NCBI GenBank assembly: GCA_964544225.1
Contig: CAZIZK010000001.1
Location: 54,856 to 118,855, forward strand
Direction of reading: 5' to 3'
DNA from: an uncultured Candidatus Saccharibacteria bacterium
GTDB taxonomy: Bacteria; Patescibacteriota; Minisyncoccia; Phycocordibacterales; UBA9973
Length of the DNA: 64,000 bases
Notes under the pieces: generated by a model
Seen by the model: the letters and a program-made list of their open reading frames with translations, nothing else
Told to the model about the DNA's origin: nothing
Databases searched by the model: none
Shown: positions 8,666 to 18,592 of the stretch, piece after piece
Layout of the letters: every line of letters starts with the position of its first letter
Numbering within the stretch: the stretch's first letter is position 1
Made by a program: the position numbers and the translations under genes

Positions 8666-9211
8666 ATGAATACTATACAAAAGAATTGGTTTAAATATGT
8701 TGTAGGATTTGTTGCATGTCTTCTGATTCGACTTATTCCATTTCGCCCTCCAAATATTGAGCCAATACTCGCAACACAAATGCCATTCTCTAAAGCGTAC
8801 GGGAAGATTGCAGGATTTTTATTCGCATTTTTAAGTATGGTTATATTTGACATTATAACTGGGAAAGTCGGTATGTGGACTTTTATAACAGCTAGTGCTT
8901 ATGGTCTTTTGGGGTTATGGGCATCAATATATTTTAAAAACAAAAATAATAGCTCATGGAATTACGCAAAATTTGCTGTCATGGGAACATTGGCTTTTGA
9001 TATTGTTACAGGACTTTCTGTTGGACCTCTATTTTTTCACCAACCATTTATGGAAGCATTGATCGGGCAGATTCCTTTTACGGCACTTCATTTAATTGGG
9101 AATATTGGTTTTGCAGTAGTATTTAGCCCTCTCTTGTATAAATATGTTATTGAAAATAAAAAGTTTGAAAGTGAATCACTTATAGCAATCTTTAACCCGA
9201 AACAAGCATGA
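8666..9211 (+). CDS. ECF-type S component, probably cobalamin-specific (CbrT/BtuM-like)
   Basis: About 6 TM, 181 aa, RLIPFRPPNIEP motif; ATGA overlap with nrdJ. Confidence 0.7.
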   Translation: MNTIQKNWFKYVVGFVACLLIRLIPFRPPNIEPILATQMPFSKAYGKIAGFLFAFLSMVIFDIITGKVGMWTFITASAYGLLGLWASIYFKNKNNSSWNYAKFAVMGTLAFDIVTGLSVGPLFFHQPFMEALIGQIPFTALHLIGNIGFAVVFSPLLYKYVIENKKFESESLIAIFNPKQA

Positions 9212-11490
9212 AAAATACCCTAAACAGAAAAAAATATTTCTCACTTGTACATATACAAAAACGTGACGGAACAATAGTTCCCTTTGATCAAAAACGCATT
9301 GCTCGAGCAATTTTTCGTGCGATGCAATCAGTAAAAGAGGGTGATGAGATACATGCGGAAAAAGTAATGCTGAAAGTGTTAGATTCACTTCTTGAACTCA
9401 AAAAAGAAAACAAAACAAAACAGTTTATTCCTCATGTTGAAACAATACAAGACATTGTAGAAAATGAACTTGTTGCTTCAAGTTTTCTACAAACCGCAAA
9501 AGCATATATCCTTTATCGAAAAGAAAGATCGTTGGTACGAGAAAGATCTGGTTTTGTGCCAGAAAAGGTTAAAGAACTTGTTATGGAAGGTAAAAAGTAT
9601 TTTAGGAATCCTCTAGCTGAATTTGTATACTATCGTACATATGCAAAATGGATAGACGAAGAGGGTCGTCGAGAAACATGGACTGAAACGGTTGGTCGCT
9701 ATGTTGATTTTATGCGCGATAACATAAATGGAAAACTTACGGAATCTGAATATAAAGAAATTCGAGAAACAATTCTAAGTCAAGAATCAATGCCATCTAT
9801 GAGACTTCTGCAATTTGCAGGTAAAGCTACAAGACGAACAAATGTCTGTGCATATAACTGCTCTTTTATTGCTCCAAGAAATTTCCAAGACTTTGCTGAA
9901 ATTATGTATATTTCAATGTGCGGAACTGGTGTTGGTTGGTCAGTAGAAAGTGAAAATATTCAAGCACTCCCACAAGTCAAAAAACAAAAAAACACGAAGG
10001 TCTCTACTTTAGTTATTCCTGACAGTAAGGAAGGTTGGGCAGATGCATTTTCACTTGGACTTAAAACATGGTTTGATGGAGATGATATTGTTTTTGATTA
10101 TTCTCTCATTCGTCCTGCCGGATCACGCCTAAAGACTATGGGTGGCAAAAGTTCTGGACCCGCTCCGCTTCAATCATTACTTTTATTTACTCGCGAACGT
10201 GTACTAAGTCGCCAAGGTAGACATTTATCAAACTTAGATGCACATGACATCATTTGTAAAATTGGTGAATGTGTCGTGGCGGGTGGTGTTCGAAGAAGTG
10301 CCATGATATCCCTTTCTGATTTAGACGATGAAATGATTCGTGATTCAAAGAAAGGTCAATTTTATATTTCGGAAGGACAAAGAATGCTTGCAAACAATTC
10401 TGCTGTATATCTTTCAAAACCCAGCACAACTGAGTTTCTTGATGAATGGGTTGCCTTGATGAAAAGCGGTAGTGGTGAACGAGGTATATTTAATCGTGGA
10501 GGACTTTCTGGAACATTGCCAAAAAGAAGACTTGATCAATTCAAAGGTGGTATATATCCTGCTTGGGGAACAAATCCTTGTGGTGAAATTATTTTGCAAT
10601 CAAAACAATTCTGCAATCTTTCCGAAGTTATCGCAAGAGCAGATGATACTGAAGAGAGTTTGCTCAAAAAAATTCGTATTGCGACAATAATAGGTACTTA
10701 CCAGTCAACACTTACCTATTTCCCATATTTGTCGAAAGAATGGAAAAAGAATTGCGAAAAAGAAAGACTACTTGGGGTGTCTATAACTGGACAATGGGAT
10801 TGTGAGCTTGTTCGTAATGGAGATATATTGGAGAAAATGAAACGAATGGCAATCGAAACAAATAAAAAATACGCAAAACGTTTTGGTGTGGAGCAATCAA
10901 CATGTATCACATGTGTAAAACCTTCAGGAACAGTTTCTCAAACCGTAGATTGCGCTTCAGGTATGCATCCTCGCCATGCACCGTATTATATTCGACGTGT
11001 CCGCATTTCAGCGACAGACGCTTTGTTTAAAATGCTTAAAGATCAAGGAGTGCCGTACTATCCAGAAGTCGGGCAAACCTTCGAAAATGCATCGACCTTT
11101 GTACTTGAATTTCCAGTCAAAGCCCCTGAGGGAGCTATCTGCAAAGATGATGTGGACGCAATTGCACAATTAGAGCATTGGAAAATAGTTAAGCAACATT
11201 TCACTGAACACAATCCTTCTGTAACTGTATCAGTTTCAGACGATGAATGGTTAAAAGTTGCAAATTGGGTTTACCAAAACTGGGATTTAGTCGGTGGATT
11301 ATCATTTCTACCTCGATCAAAACATGTATATCAACTTGCACCGTACGAATCAATTACAAAGGTAAAATATGAGGAAATGAAAAAACGTCTTGGTGATTTA
11401 GATTTTTCTAAAATTGTTACTTATGAAAAAGAAGACGAAACAGAGGTAAAAAAAGAATTAGCTTGTGTTGGAGGACTGTGTGAAATATAA
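9208..11490 (+). CDS. nrdJ: Class II (B12-dependent) ribonucleotide reductase with ATP cone
   Basis: IQKRDG ATP cone, YNCSF, GGVRRSA, TNPCGEI, VKPSGT, C-terminal ACVGGLCEI. Confidence 0.93.
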   Translation: MKNTLNRKKYFSLVHIQKRDGTIVPFDQKRIARAIFRAMQSVKEGDEIHAEKVMLKVLDSLLELKKENKTKQFIPHVETIQDIVENELVASSFLQTAKAYILYRKERSLVRERSGFVPEKVKELVMEGKKYFRNPLAEFVYYRTYAKWIDEEGRRETWTETVGRYVDFMRDNINGKLTESEYKEIRETILSQESMPSMRLLQFAGKATRRTNVCAYNCSFIAPRNFQDFAEIMYISMCGTGVGWSVESENIQALPQVKKQKNTKVSTLVIPDSKEGWADAFSLGLKTWFDGDDIVFDYSLIRPAGSRLKTMGGKSSGPAPLQSLLLFTRERVLSRQGRHLSNLDAHDIICKIGECVVAGGVRRSAMISLSDLDDEMIRDSKKGQFYISEGQRMLANNSAVYLSKPSTTEFLDEWVALMKSGSGERGIFNRGGLSGTLPKRRLDQFKGGIYPAWGTNPCGEIILQSKQFCNLSEVIARADDTEESLLKKIRIATIIGTYQSTLTYFPYLSKEWKKNCEKERLLGVSITGQWDCELVRNGDILEKMKRMAIETNKKYAKRFGVEQSTCITCVKPSGTVSQTVDCASGMHPRHAPYYIRRVRISATDALFKMLKDQGVPYYPEVGQTFENASTFVLEFPVKAPEGAICKDDVDAIAQLEHWKIVKQHFTEHNPSVTVSVSDDEWLKVANWVYQNWDLVGGLSFLPRSKHVYQLAPYESITKVKYEEMKKRLGDLDFSKIVTYEKEDETEVKKELACVGGLCEI

Positions 11491-11494
11491 ACAT

Positions 11495-12064
11495 ATGCTA
11501 TACACCAGAAAAGGAGACAACGGAACAACAAAACTTTTTGATTGCCCTCAAGGCAAACGAGTCAGTAAATCTGATTTTGTTTTCGAAGTACTTGGAACAG
11601 TTGATGAACTGAATTCTTCTATTGGATATGCAAAAGTGCTTTCAAAAAAAAGTAACGATACTCTTTCAATAGAAACACAAAAAATCTCTTACGAAAAAAT
11701 CATTGAAATACTTCAACAAAATTTGTTTTGCATCCAAGCTGAACTTGGAGGGTCAGATATACACCTAGATAAAAATCACATTCTTTATCTCGAAAAAGTT
11801 ATTTATGAAACAGAGACTGTCTTGCCTCCTATTACATCTTTTATTGTACCTGGAGGTGGAGAAACTGGGTCTTATTTAGATGTTGCTCGAACAATTGCTC
11901 GCAGAGCAGAACGACAATTAGTAACGCTCCGACATACAAAAGAACGAGTAGTTACAAATGAAAGTATAACTTTCATGAATCGTCTTTCAAGTGTTTTGTA
12001 TGCCATGGCTCGCTTTGCAAATTATCAGGAAGGATATTCTGAAGGAAAGCCAGATTATCAGTAA
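11495..12064 (+). CDS. PduO-type cob(I)alamin adenosyltransferase
   Basis: YTRKGDNGTT, GTVDELNS, ARTIARRAER, NRLSS. Confidence 0.92.
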   Translation: MLYTRKGDNGTTKLFDCPQGKRVSKSDFVFEVLGTVDELNSSIGYAKVLSKKSNDTLSIETQKISYEKIIEILQQNLFCIQAELGGSDIHLDKNHILYLEKVIYETETVLPPITSFIVPGGGETGSYLDVARTIARRAERQLVTLRHTKERVVTNESITFMNRLSSVLYAMARFANYQEGYSEGKPDYQ

Positions 12065-12102
12065 TTGCTTTTTAAGTTTACTTGTTGCATACTTTAGAAA
12101 CT

Positions 12103-12405
12103 ATGAAGATTAAACAACCACTCCCTCGTAAAGCCTACGAGAAAAATGCCGAAATATATAAGATTCTTGCTAACCCGAAACGGTTAGAGATTTTGAACTT
12201 GCTTCGCGAACAGGAAATGCCAGTAGAAGAACTAGTAAAAACACTGGGGATCCCAAAAGCAAATGTGTCCCAACATTTAGCACTACTTCGTCATGCAAAA
12301 CTTGTCACCGTGCGACGTAATGGACTAAATGGTTATTACAATATCATTGATCCGCGTATTGTTGAACCATGCAGAATTCTTCACGAACTTGCTAAGCGCA
12401 AATAA
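12103..12405 (+). CDS. ArsR/SmtB family regulator
   Basis: LANPKRLEIL, NVSQHLALLR. Confidence 0.88.
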   Translation: MKIKQPLPRKAYEKNAEIYKILANPKRLEILNLLREQEMPVEELVKTLGIPKANVSQHLALLRHAKLVTVRRNGLNGYYNIIDPRIVEPCRILHELAKRK

Positions 12406-12486
12406 TAGAAAATAATTTATTTAAAAGTTGCAAACAAAGACAATGATTGATTTCATTGTTTATATCAAAAGTTTCTTCAGCATGAA

Positions 12487-12888
12487 TTAAGTAAAATTAA
12501 CCACGAAGTTAAACATTCCCATACTACATAGACCTTGGAGTGGAACTCCAGCTTTTGGTGTACCGATATCGATAACTTCTTCCCCAGTTTGAGCTAATAT
12601 TTTTTGATAGCCAATTGATCTGATAACTAAAGATGATGAACAGTCGTACGTTCCATTTGTTTTGACAATTAGTTTAGTTGGGATCCCTGCTTTTGCAGTA
12701 GACATTTCTGGAGAATATCCACCTTTTGCATCTATGGTTACATACTGAATACCATCTCTAATTTCTACATTTTGTACTGTCTGTACTGAAACTGCATTAG
12801 AGTTTTTAGACTTTGATCCACCCCAAAATACAATGGCAAGTCCAACCACAAGAGCTAAGGTAACAATGATTAAAGAAGTTTTGTTCAT
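12487..12888 (-). CDS. Cupredoxin-domain protein (CupA-like)
   Basis: N-terminal TM, GGYSP, DCSS, CSMGM. Confidence 0.8.
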   Translation of the reverse strand: MNKTSLIIVTLALVVGLAIVFWGGSKSKNSNAVSVQTVQNVEIRDGIQYVTIDAKGGYSPEMSTAKAGIPTKLIVKTNGTYDCSSSLVIRSIGYQKILAQTGEEVIDIGTPKAGVPLQGLCSMGMFNFVVNFT

Positions 12889-12905
12889 AATGTAATTATA
12901 TCAAA

Positions 12906-13913
12906 TTAAATATTAAATAAAGGATTAATAATACCGAGCCCTGCAAGTCCTGCGAGAAGTGCAAATATTCCAAGACCTATGACTACAACTCCTGCTGACT
13001 TAAAGAAAAGTGGTGCATGTTTTCCATGAGCAAGTGATGCTCCACCAAATGAGAGAAGTAAAAGTACCGGAAGAGTACCGAGAGCAAAGGCAAGCATTAT
13101 AAACATTCCAGATATAAATGACCCACTAGAGAGTGCCACAACTTGCATAGACTGAGTGAAGCCACAAGGCAAGAAGAATGTACCAAAACCTATAATTAAT
13201 GGTGTTAGAGTTTTGTGTTCAATTTTACGAAAAAAATTGAAGATTCCTGAAGGCAGTGCAATTTTATTCTTTTCAAACACTCCGACTAAATTGAGTCCTA
13301 AAAGGAGCATTACTGTTGAGGCTACAATTCCTAAAATTGCAGTAAATGTAAAACTAATACCAATTGCATTACCGAGCAATCCAAGTACTCCACCAAGCAT
13401 TGCAAAACTAACGAGTCTCCCAACATGGAAAAGTACAAATGTTTTCTTGTCACTTACATCATCTTGTGAGATCTTTGCTGAGAGTGAAAGCACAAACCCT
13501 CCGACTACAGCAAGACAGCTAGATACAGAAGCGATGAGTCCAATAATGAAGCTCGTAACTGGTGTAGCATTCCCACCAATACCAAGGTTTAGTAGTCCTG
13601 ACTTTTGTAATATAAAGAAAAGTATTAAAAATCCTAAACCTATAGGTAATGCTTTCCAGATAACATCATCTTTTTGTTTCTCTTTTAAAACTTTTTCTAT
13701 TGATACCGTATATCCATTTGGTCTTATCTTTTCAGTTAGAATACCTGCTAATTCTTCTTGTGACCTTTCACTACTAGTTTCTACTTGTAAGGTTTGACTC
13801 TTTAAGTTTACCTGTGCATTTTTAATGTAATCTTGCTCGCTCAAAATATCCTCGATCAAGATTTTACAGGATGCACAATGGGTACCTGAAACATGGAATG
13901 TGTATGTTTTCAT
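12906..13913 (-). CDS. HMA domain + DsbD_2/TauE-like membrane protein
   Basis: GTHCASC, SSCLAVVGG, FLPCGF, FALGTLP. Confidence 0.85.
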   Translation of the reverse strand: MKTYTFHVSGTHCASCKILIEDILSEQDYIKNAQVNLKSQTLQVETSSERSQEELAGILTEKIRPNGYTVSIEKVLKEKQKDDVIWKALPIGLGFLILFFILQKSGLLNLGIGGNATPVTSFIIGLIASVSSCLAVVGGFVLSLSAKISQDDVSDKKTFVLFHVGRLVSFAMLGGVLGLLGNAIGISFTFTAILGIVASTVMLLLGLNLVGVFEKNKIALPSGIFNFFRKIEHKTLTPLIIGFGTFFLPCGFTQSMQVVALSSGSFISGMFIMLAFALGTLPVLLLLSFGGASLAHGKHAPLFFKSAGVVVIGLGIFALLAGLAGLGIINPLFNI

Positions 13914-13915
13914 AA

Positions 13916-16186
13916 TTATAATTTCTTCGCCTTAATTCTTAATGAGTTCGATACTACAGAGACACTTGAGAATGCCATAGCAAGTCCTGCGAATGCTGGA
14001 TTTAACAACCATCCAAATACTGGATAGAAAAGTCCTGCGGCGAGAGGAATACCAACCACATTGAATATAAAAGCCCAAAAAAGATTTTGTTTAATACCTC
14101 GCATTGTCATCTTCGACAGCTTTATTGCTTGTGAAATCTTTGAAACATCACCACCAAGAAGTGTGATACCTGCTGATTCAATAGCAACATCTGTACCTGT
14201 GCCCATAGCGATACCAACATCCGCTTGAACAAGAGCTGGGGCATCATTTATACCATCACCAACCATTGCAACAATTGCACCACCATCTTGTAACTCTTTT
14301 ATCTTTCCTGCTTTTTCTTGAGGTATCACTTCTGCAATAACAGCATCAATGCCTGCGAGTTTTGCTATATAGCTTGCTGCTAAATAGTTATCTCCTGTGA
14401 GCATTATTACTTTAATATTTCTTGCATGGAGTTTTGCTACAGCTTCTTTTGACTCTTCTTTTAGAGTATCTGAAAGTGCGATAAGTCCGATCTGTTTTTT
14501 ATCAACTTCTATGATAACAACTGTCTTACCTTGTTCTTGTAGTTCTTTGATATTATCTGTAGCAGGGACACCTTTAGATGGCTTATGGATTGCTATATGT
14601 TTATTACCAATCACTCCTTCTACCCCGACACCTTCGAGTGCTTGGAAATTTGTAACCGTTTCAAGAGGTATGTTTTGTTCGGTTGCCTTAACAACAACAG
14701 CATCTGCGAGAGGGTGTTCAGAAAGCTTTTCTACACTAGCACTTGCTCGTAGTATATCTGTTCCTGTCCATGCAGTATCAAGAGAGATAATATCGGTTAC
14801 TTCGGGTTTTCCTTTAGTGATTGTTCCTGTTTTATCAAGGACAACGGTATCTACATGACTAAGCTTTTCTAGGGCTTCAGCATTACGAATAAGGATTCCA
14901 TATTCTGCTCCTTTTCCAACACCGACAATGATTGCCGTTGGAGTAGCAAGACCAAGTGCACAAGGACAAGCAATAACAAGGACACCAACGAAAGAGAGAA
15001 TGCCGTATGAAAGAGCAGTCGAGAAACCGAGCGCTGATGCACCTACAGTAAGCCAAAGAATGAGAGTGATTACTGCTATACCTAGGACAATTGGCACAAA
15101 GACGCTGGAAATTTTGTCAGCGAGCGCCTGTATAGGAGCTTTTGATCCTTGTGCATCTTCAACCATTTTTATGATTTGAGCGAGTACAGTATCGGAGCCG
15201 ATTTTTGTCGCTTTAAATTTAAAATTACCTTGTTTATTGATTGTTGCACCTACAACAAAGTCTCCAGTCTTTTTATCAACAGGAATTGGCTCGCCTGTAA
15301 TCATTGATTCGTCAATAGATGAATATCCTTCAACGATAACTCCATCAACAGGAATTTTAGATCCTGGCTTTACGATAAGAATATCGTCGATTTGTACTTC
15401 GCTTACAGGTACTTCCACCTCAGCACCATTACGCCATAGTAAGGCGGTTTTTGCTTGAAGACCAAGAAGTTTTTCTATTGCTTCACCAGTACGAAGCTTT
15501 GAGCGTGCTTCGAGATATTTTCCCAATATCACGAAACCAATTACTACAATAGTTACATCAAAATAAGTGGTTTCAGGAAGTTTCAAGGCTATCCTCATTA
15601 AAGGGAAGAGCATAATGCTGATACTGTACAGATACGCAACAAGTGTTCCAATACCAATGAGGGTATCCATATTAGCGACACGATATTTAGTAAATTTTAC
15701 TACTCCTTGTAAAAAGGGTTGTCCAATCCAAAACAATACAACGCTCGCAAGTACCATAGAGATGGTGTTGAAGATAAACATTGGTAACGGAAGATTTGGA
15801 ATTGAAGTAAATAACTTTGCACCGATATCCCACATCATTAAAATAAAAACAAGAAGAGCTATTGGTAACACGAACTGTGTTTTTGTCTTCATAATAATAA
15901 GCTCTTTCATTTTTTCATCTTTTGATTGATTGATACCTGTATGCATACTATGGTCTTCCATGGTATGAGAGTTGGTTTCCTCAATGAACATATAACCCAA
16001 CTTTTCAATTTCATTGTTCATTTGGGGTACAGTAACAACATTGTCATCAAAAGAAACAATTGCTTTTTCCGTCGCGAAGTTAACATTAACAGTATCTACT
16101 CCTTCAAGTTTAGAAACCTTATTGGTGATAATAGTTGCACAACTAGCACAGTGCATCCCTTTAATTTTTAGTGTTTTATTTGTCAT
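13916..16186 (-). CDS. copA: Copper-translocating P1B-type ATPase
   Basis: [42 protein letters not shown]. Confidence 0.95.
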   Translation of the reverse strand: MTNKTLKIKGMHCASCATIITNKVSKLEGVDTVNVNFATEKAIVSFDDNVVTVPQMNNEIEKLGYMFIEETNSHTMEDHSMHTGINQSKDEKMKELIIMKTKTQFVLPIALLVFILMMWDIGAKLFTSIPNLPLPMFIFNTISMVLASVVLFWIGQPFLQGVVKFTKYRVANMDTLIGIGTLVAYLYSISIMLFPLMRIALKLPETTYFDVTIVVIGFVILGKYLEARSKLRTGEAIEKLLGLQAKTALLWRNGAEVEVPVSEVQIDDILIVKPGSKIPVDGVIVEGYSSIDESMITGEPIPVDKKTGDFVVGATINKQGNFKFKATKIGSDTVLAQIIKMVEDAQGSKAPIQALADKISSVFVPIVLGIAVITLILWLTVGASALGFSTALSYGILSFVGVLVIACPCALGLATPTAIIVGVGKGAEYGILIRNAEALEKLSHVDTVVLDKTGTITKGKPEVTDIISLDTAWTGTDILRASASVEKLSEHPLADAVVVKATEQNIPLETVTNFQALEGVGVEGVIGNKHIAIHKPSKGVPATDNIKELQEQGKTVVIIEVDKKQIGLIALSDTLKEESKEAVAKLHARNIKVIMLTGDNYLAASYIAKLAGIDAVIAEVIPQEKAGKIKELQDGGAIVAMVGDGINDAPALVQADVGIAMGTGTDVAIESAGITLLGGDVSKISQAIKLSKMTMRGIKQNLFWAFIFNVVGIPLAAGLFYPVFGWLLNPAFAGLAMAFSSVSVVSNSLRIKAKKL

Positions 16187-16200
16187 ATAGGGATTTGATA

Positions 16201-16764
16201 TTAAATGTTATACCATTGTGTTCTCCAATCTTTGAAGAGTTTTAATGTTGTTGTAAGGAATATATCAACCGCATCGGCATTGTTCAAAATTTCAGTTCTA
16301 CTTGATTTTGTTTTTATTTCTTTTGTCATGAGTAATCCTGACTCATGGTGTGCAATAAGTGCATTAAGAAAACGGAGGTCAAATTTCTCATCATACGTCC
16401 CAAGGTTTGAGACAATTGGATCTTTGACTTGCTTTGTATCCCCATACCAGTCTTTTTTCCATGTGTATAGCTCAGCAATTGCTTTTGGTTCATCTCGAAG
16501 AATCATTACGGAGAGGTCTTTCATTTCTTGTCGCTGTGTCTGTGTGCTTGCTTGTGTAGCTAAAAGCATGGCTCCTCTGTGGTGAGCAATCATTGCATTG
16601 ATATAACGAAGATCGAGTGTTCGATCTGGACGACCTAAATCCATAGTTGTTTTGTCGTACATACTCACTTTGTAGTCGGTGGTACTGGCATACCCAGCAA
16701 CCCACCCCAAAACGCCTGTCACTACCATAAGAGAAATTGCTAATGTGGTTGAAATTTTAGACAT
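16201..16764 (-). CDS. DUF305 (CopM-like) protein
   Basis: Twin D.R+..A+IAHH motifs; signal/TM N-terminus. Confidence 0.8.
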   Translation of the reverse strand: MSKISTTLAISLMVVTGVLGWVAGYASTTDYKVSMYDKTTMDLGRPDRTLDLRYINAMIAHHRGAMLLATQASTQTQRQEMKDLSVMILRDEPKAIAELYTWKKDWYGDTKQVKDPIVSNLGTYDEKFDLRFLNALIAHHESGLLMTKEIKTKSSRTEILNNADAVDIFLTTTLKLFKDWRTQWYNI

Positions 16765-16802
16765 AATTTTTTATATAAATTTAATAATAAAACACTAAAA
16801 AC

Positions 16803-17078
16803 CTACTGCATGTTGTAGATTTTTAACAATTCTTTGATTGAACCTTCCTTGTCGGTCTTTAACCTTTCAGCAAGGCAAGACTCTAAGTGACCCTTTAGTA
16901 ATTCTTTTCGTGCGCTATGCAAAAGACCTACGACACTATCGATCTGCTGAATAATTTCAGGGCAGTATCGTCCATCGTCGACCATCTCAGGAATCTTAGC
17001 TACACTTCCTATTGCCATATTAATAACTTTGCGAGCCTTTGTGTTTGGCTCACCGTGCTTGTGTGTTTGTTTTACCAT
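16803..17078 (-). CDS. csoR: CsoR/RcnR family metal-sensing repressor
   Basis: RYCPEIIQQI and HLESC Cys-His-Cys ligands; first gene of the cop operon. Confidence 0.88.
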   Translation of the reverse strand: MVKQTHKHGEPNTKARKVINMAIGSVAKIPEMVDDGRYCPEIIQQIDSVVGLLHSARKELLKGHLESCLAERLKTDKEGSIKELLKIYNMQ

Positions 17079-17116
17079 ATACCCTATAGTATAGGGTATA
17101 TGGTTTTGAGAGTCAA
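17074..17116 (-). promoter_or_regulatory. CsoR operator overlapping the csoR promoter
   Basis: 15-1-15 palindrome ACCATATACCCTATA-G-TATAGGGTATATGGT; minus-strand TTGACT-17 bp-TATACT. Confidence 0.85.
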
Positions 17117-17120
17117 CTTA

Positions 17121-18449
17121 TTATTTTACCAATGTAATCTTCTTATCATTCAGCACCAACCTACTCCTCAAATGTCCCATCAGTTCACGCTTCTCTAGTG
17201 GTGTGCCTTCCCTCAGCACATACTTGGCATACTCTCTTGTATTCACGTCATCTTCGTTGATGTTGTATTTTGGCGTTCCCTTGGTTGCCAGTCGTTGCAG
17301 TCTATTAAATCGCTTGATTTCTTCTTCAAGCTTGATTCGCATACCTAGTTCGTTGATGCTTACTTTATCTATGACTTTGAATAGCTCCTCAATCAGTTCT
17401 TCCTCTCGTATATATTTATTCTTGCAATTCCTGTCTCTTGCCTTTGAACAGGAGTAGTAGACATACTTGGCGGTCGTTCCATCTTTGAGTTCCTTGTACT
17501 TCTCCTGTGCCGTTATACCTGACTCACACATTCCGCAGGTAAATAGTTTAGTAAATGCGAACTCTCTGTTTTCTCTCACAATCCTATCTCGCTTTAAATG
17601 TGATTGGGCTTTTTCAAATAATTCTTTGGTGATGATTGGTGTATGACTTCCTTGATACCAGTTGTCACTATTTCTCGGATATTCAAATGGTCCATAATAG
17701 ATTGGCATTTCAAATATTCGATACACTCCTGATAGTGTAAGGGGCTTATTTCCTCGAGTGTAGAAATTCAGATCGAATCGCAACCAGTTATATACCTTTC
17801 TTCCGCTCCATCCATCGTATGCAACTTTCTCAAACATTTGTTTGATTACATGAGCCCGATCTGGGTCAATAATTATCTGACACTTCCTATCCATTAACTT
17901 TTGATTCAAATATCCAAGCGGTGCCATTCCAGGCCATAGCCCCATCTCTACTCTCGTTCGCAATCCTCGCTTTACATTGATGCCTCTGTTGTCGTTCTCA
18001 AGTTTCGCTTGGCTTCCCAATATCATCAGGAGAAACTTCTCGTTTGGATTGTTTCCGAATGTCTGCCCGAAGGTTCGTATCATGTGCAATTTTCCTGCAT
18101 CCATCAGGTCTACGATTTTTCCCAAGTCTCCTGCATTTCTTGAGATACGATCTGGTGCCCAAGTAAGTATCGCATTGAATTTCTCTTGCTTGAGTTCCTC
18201 AATGATTTCGTTGAAGACTGGTCGCTGTCCTGTTTCCTTTGCACTATGACTCTCACGCTTCATGGTTACTACTTCAAGCCCCTCACGATCCGCTAATTGG
18301 AGCATCTCGCTAATCTGGCTATCAATACTCAATACCTGCCGTTCCTCAGACTCTGTTGATTTTCTTGCGTATAAGCAATATCTGATCTTCTTTGGTTCGA
18401 CTACTACTTTTGCTACACCTTGCTCCATATTTGGGTTTTCTATCTTCAT
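17121..18449 (-). CDS. Large serine recombinase (resolvase + recombinase + Zn ribbon)
   Basis: YARKST catalytic Ser, DRISRN, APLGY, CGMC...YYSC...C. Confidence 0.93.
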   Translation of the reverse strand: MKIENPNMEQGVAKVVVEPKKIRYCLYARKSTESEERQVLSIDSQISEMLQLADREGLEVVTMKRESHSAKETGQRPVFNEIIEELKQEKFNAILTWAPDRISRNAGDLGKIVDLMDAGKLHMIRTFGQTFGNNPNEKFLLMILGSQAKLENDNRGINVKRGLRTRVEMGLWPGMAPLGYLNQKLMDRKCQIIIDPDRAHVIKQMFEKVAYDGWSGRKVYNWLRFDLNFYTRGNKPLTLSGVYRIFEMPIYYGPFEYPRNSDNWYQGSHTPIITKELFEKAQSHLKRDRIVRENREFAFTKLFTCGMCESGITAQEKYKELKDGTTAKYVYYSCSKARDRNCKNKYIREEELIEELFKVIDKVSINELGMRIKLEEEIKRFNRLQRLATKGTPKYNINEDDVNTREYAKYVLREGTPLEKRELMGHLRSRLVLNDKKITLVK

Positions 18450-18504
18450 ATCTACATTGATGACGCAAATCGTCCAAGGAGCCTAGAGCGTCCCATTGCC
18501 ATAG

Positions 18505-18515
18505 TGTTGGTAACT
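18505..18515 (+). repeat. 11-bp direct repeat left of the two-gene cassette
   Basis: TGTTGGTAACT, also at 22167-22177. Confidence 0.5.
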
Positions 18516-18592
18516 AAAACGCCTTTATTTAAGGGTCATTTTTTGGTAAAATGTATTTACTGGCGTAAGAAACTTATGCCTAATATTAAAGT

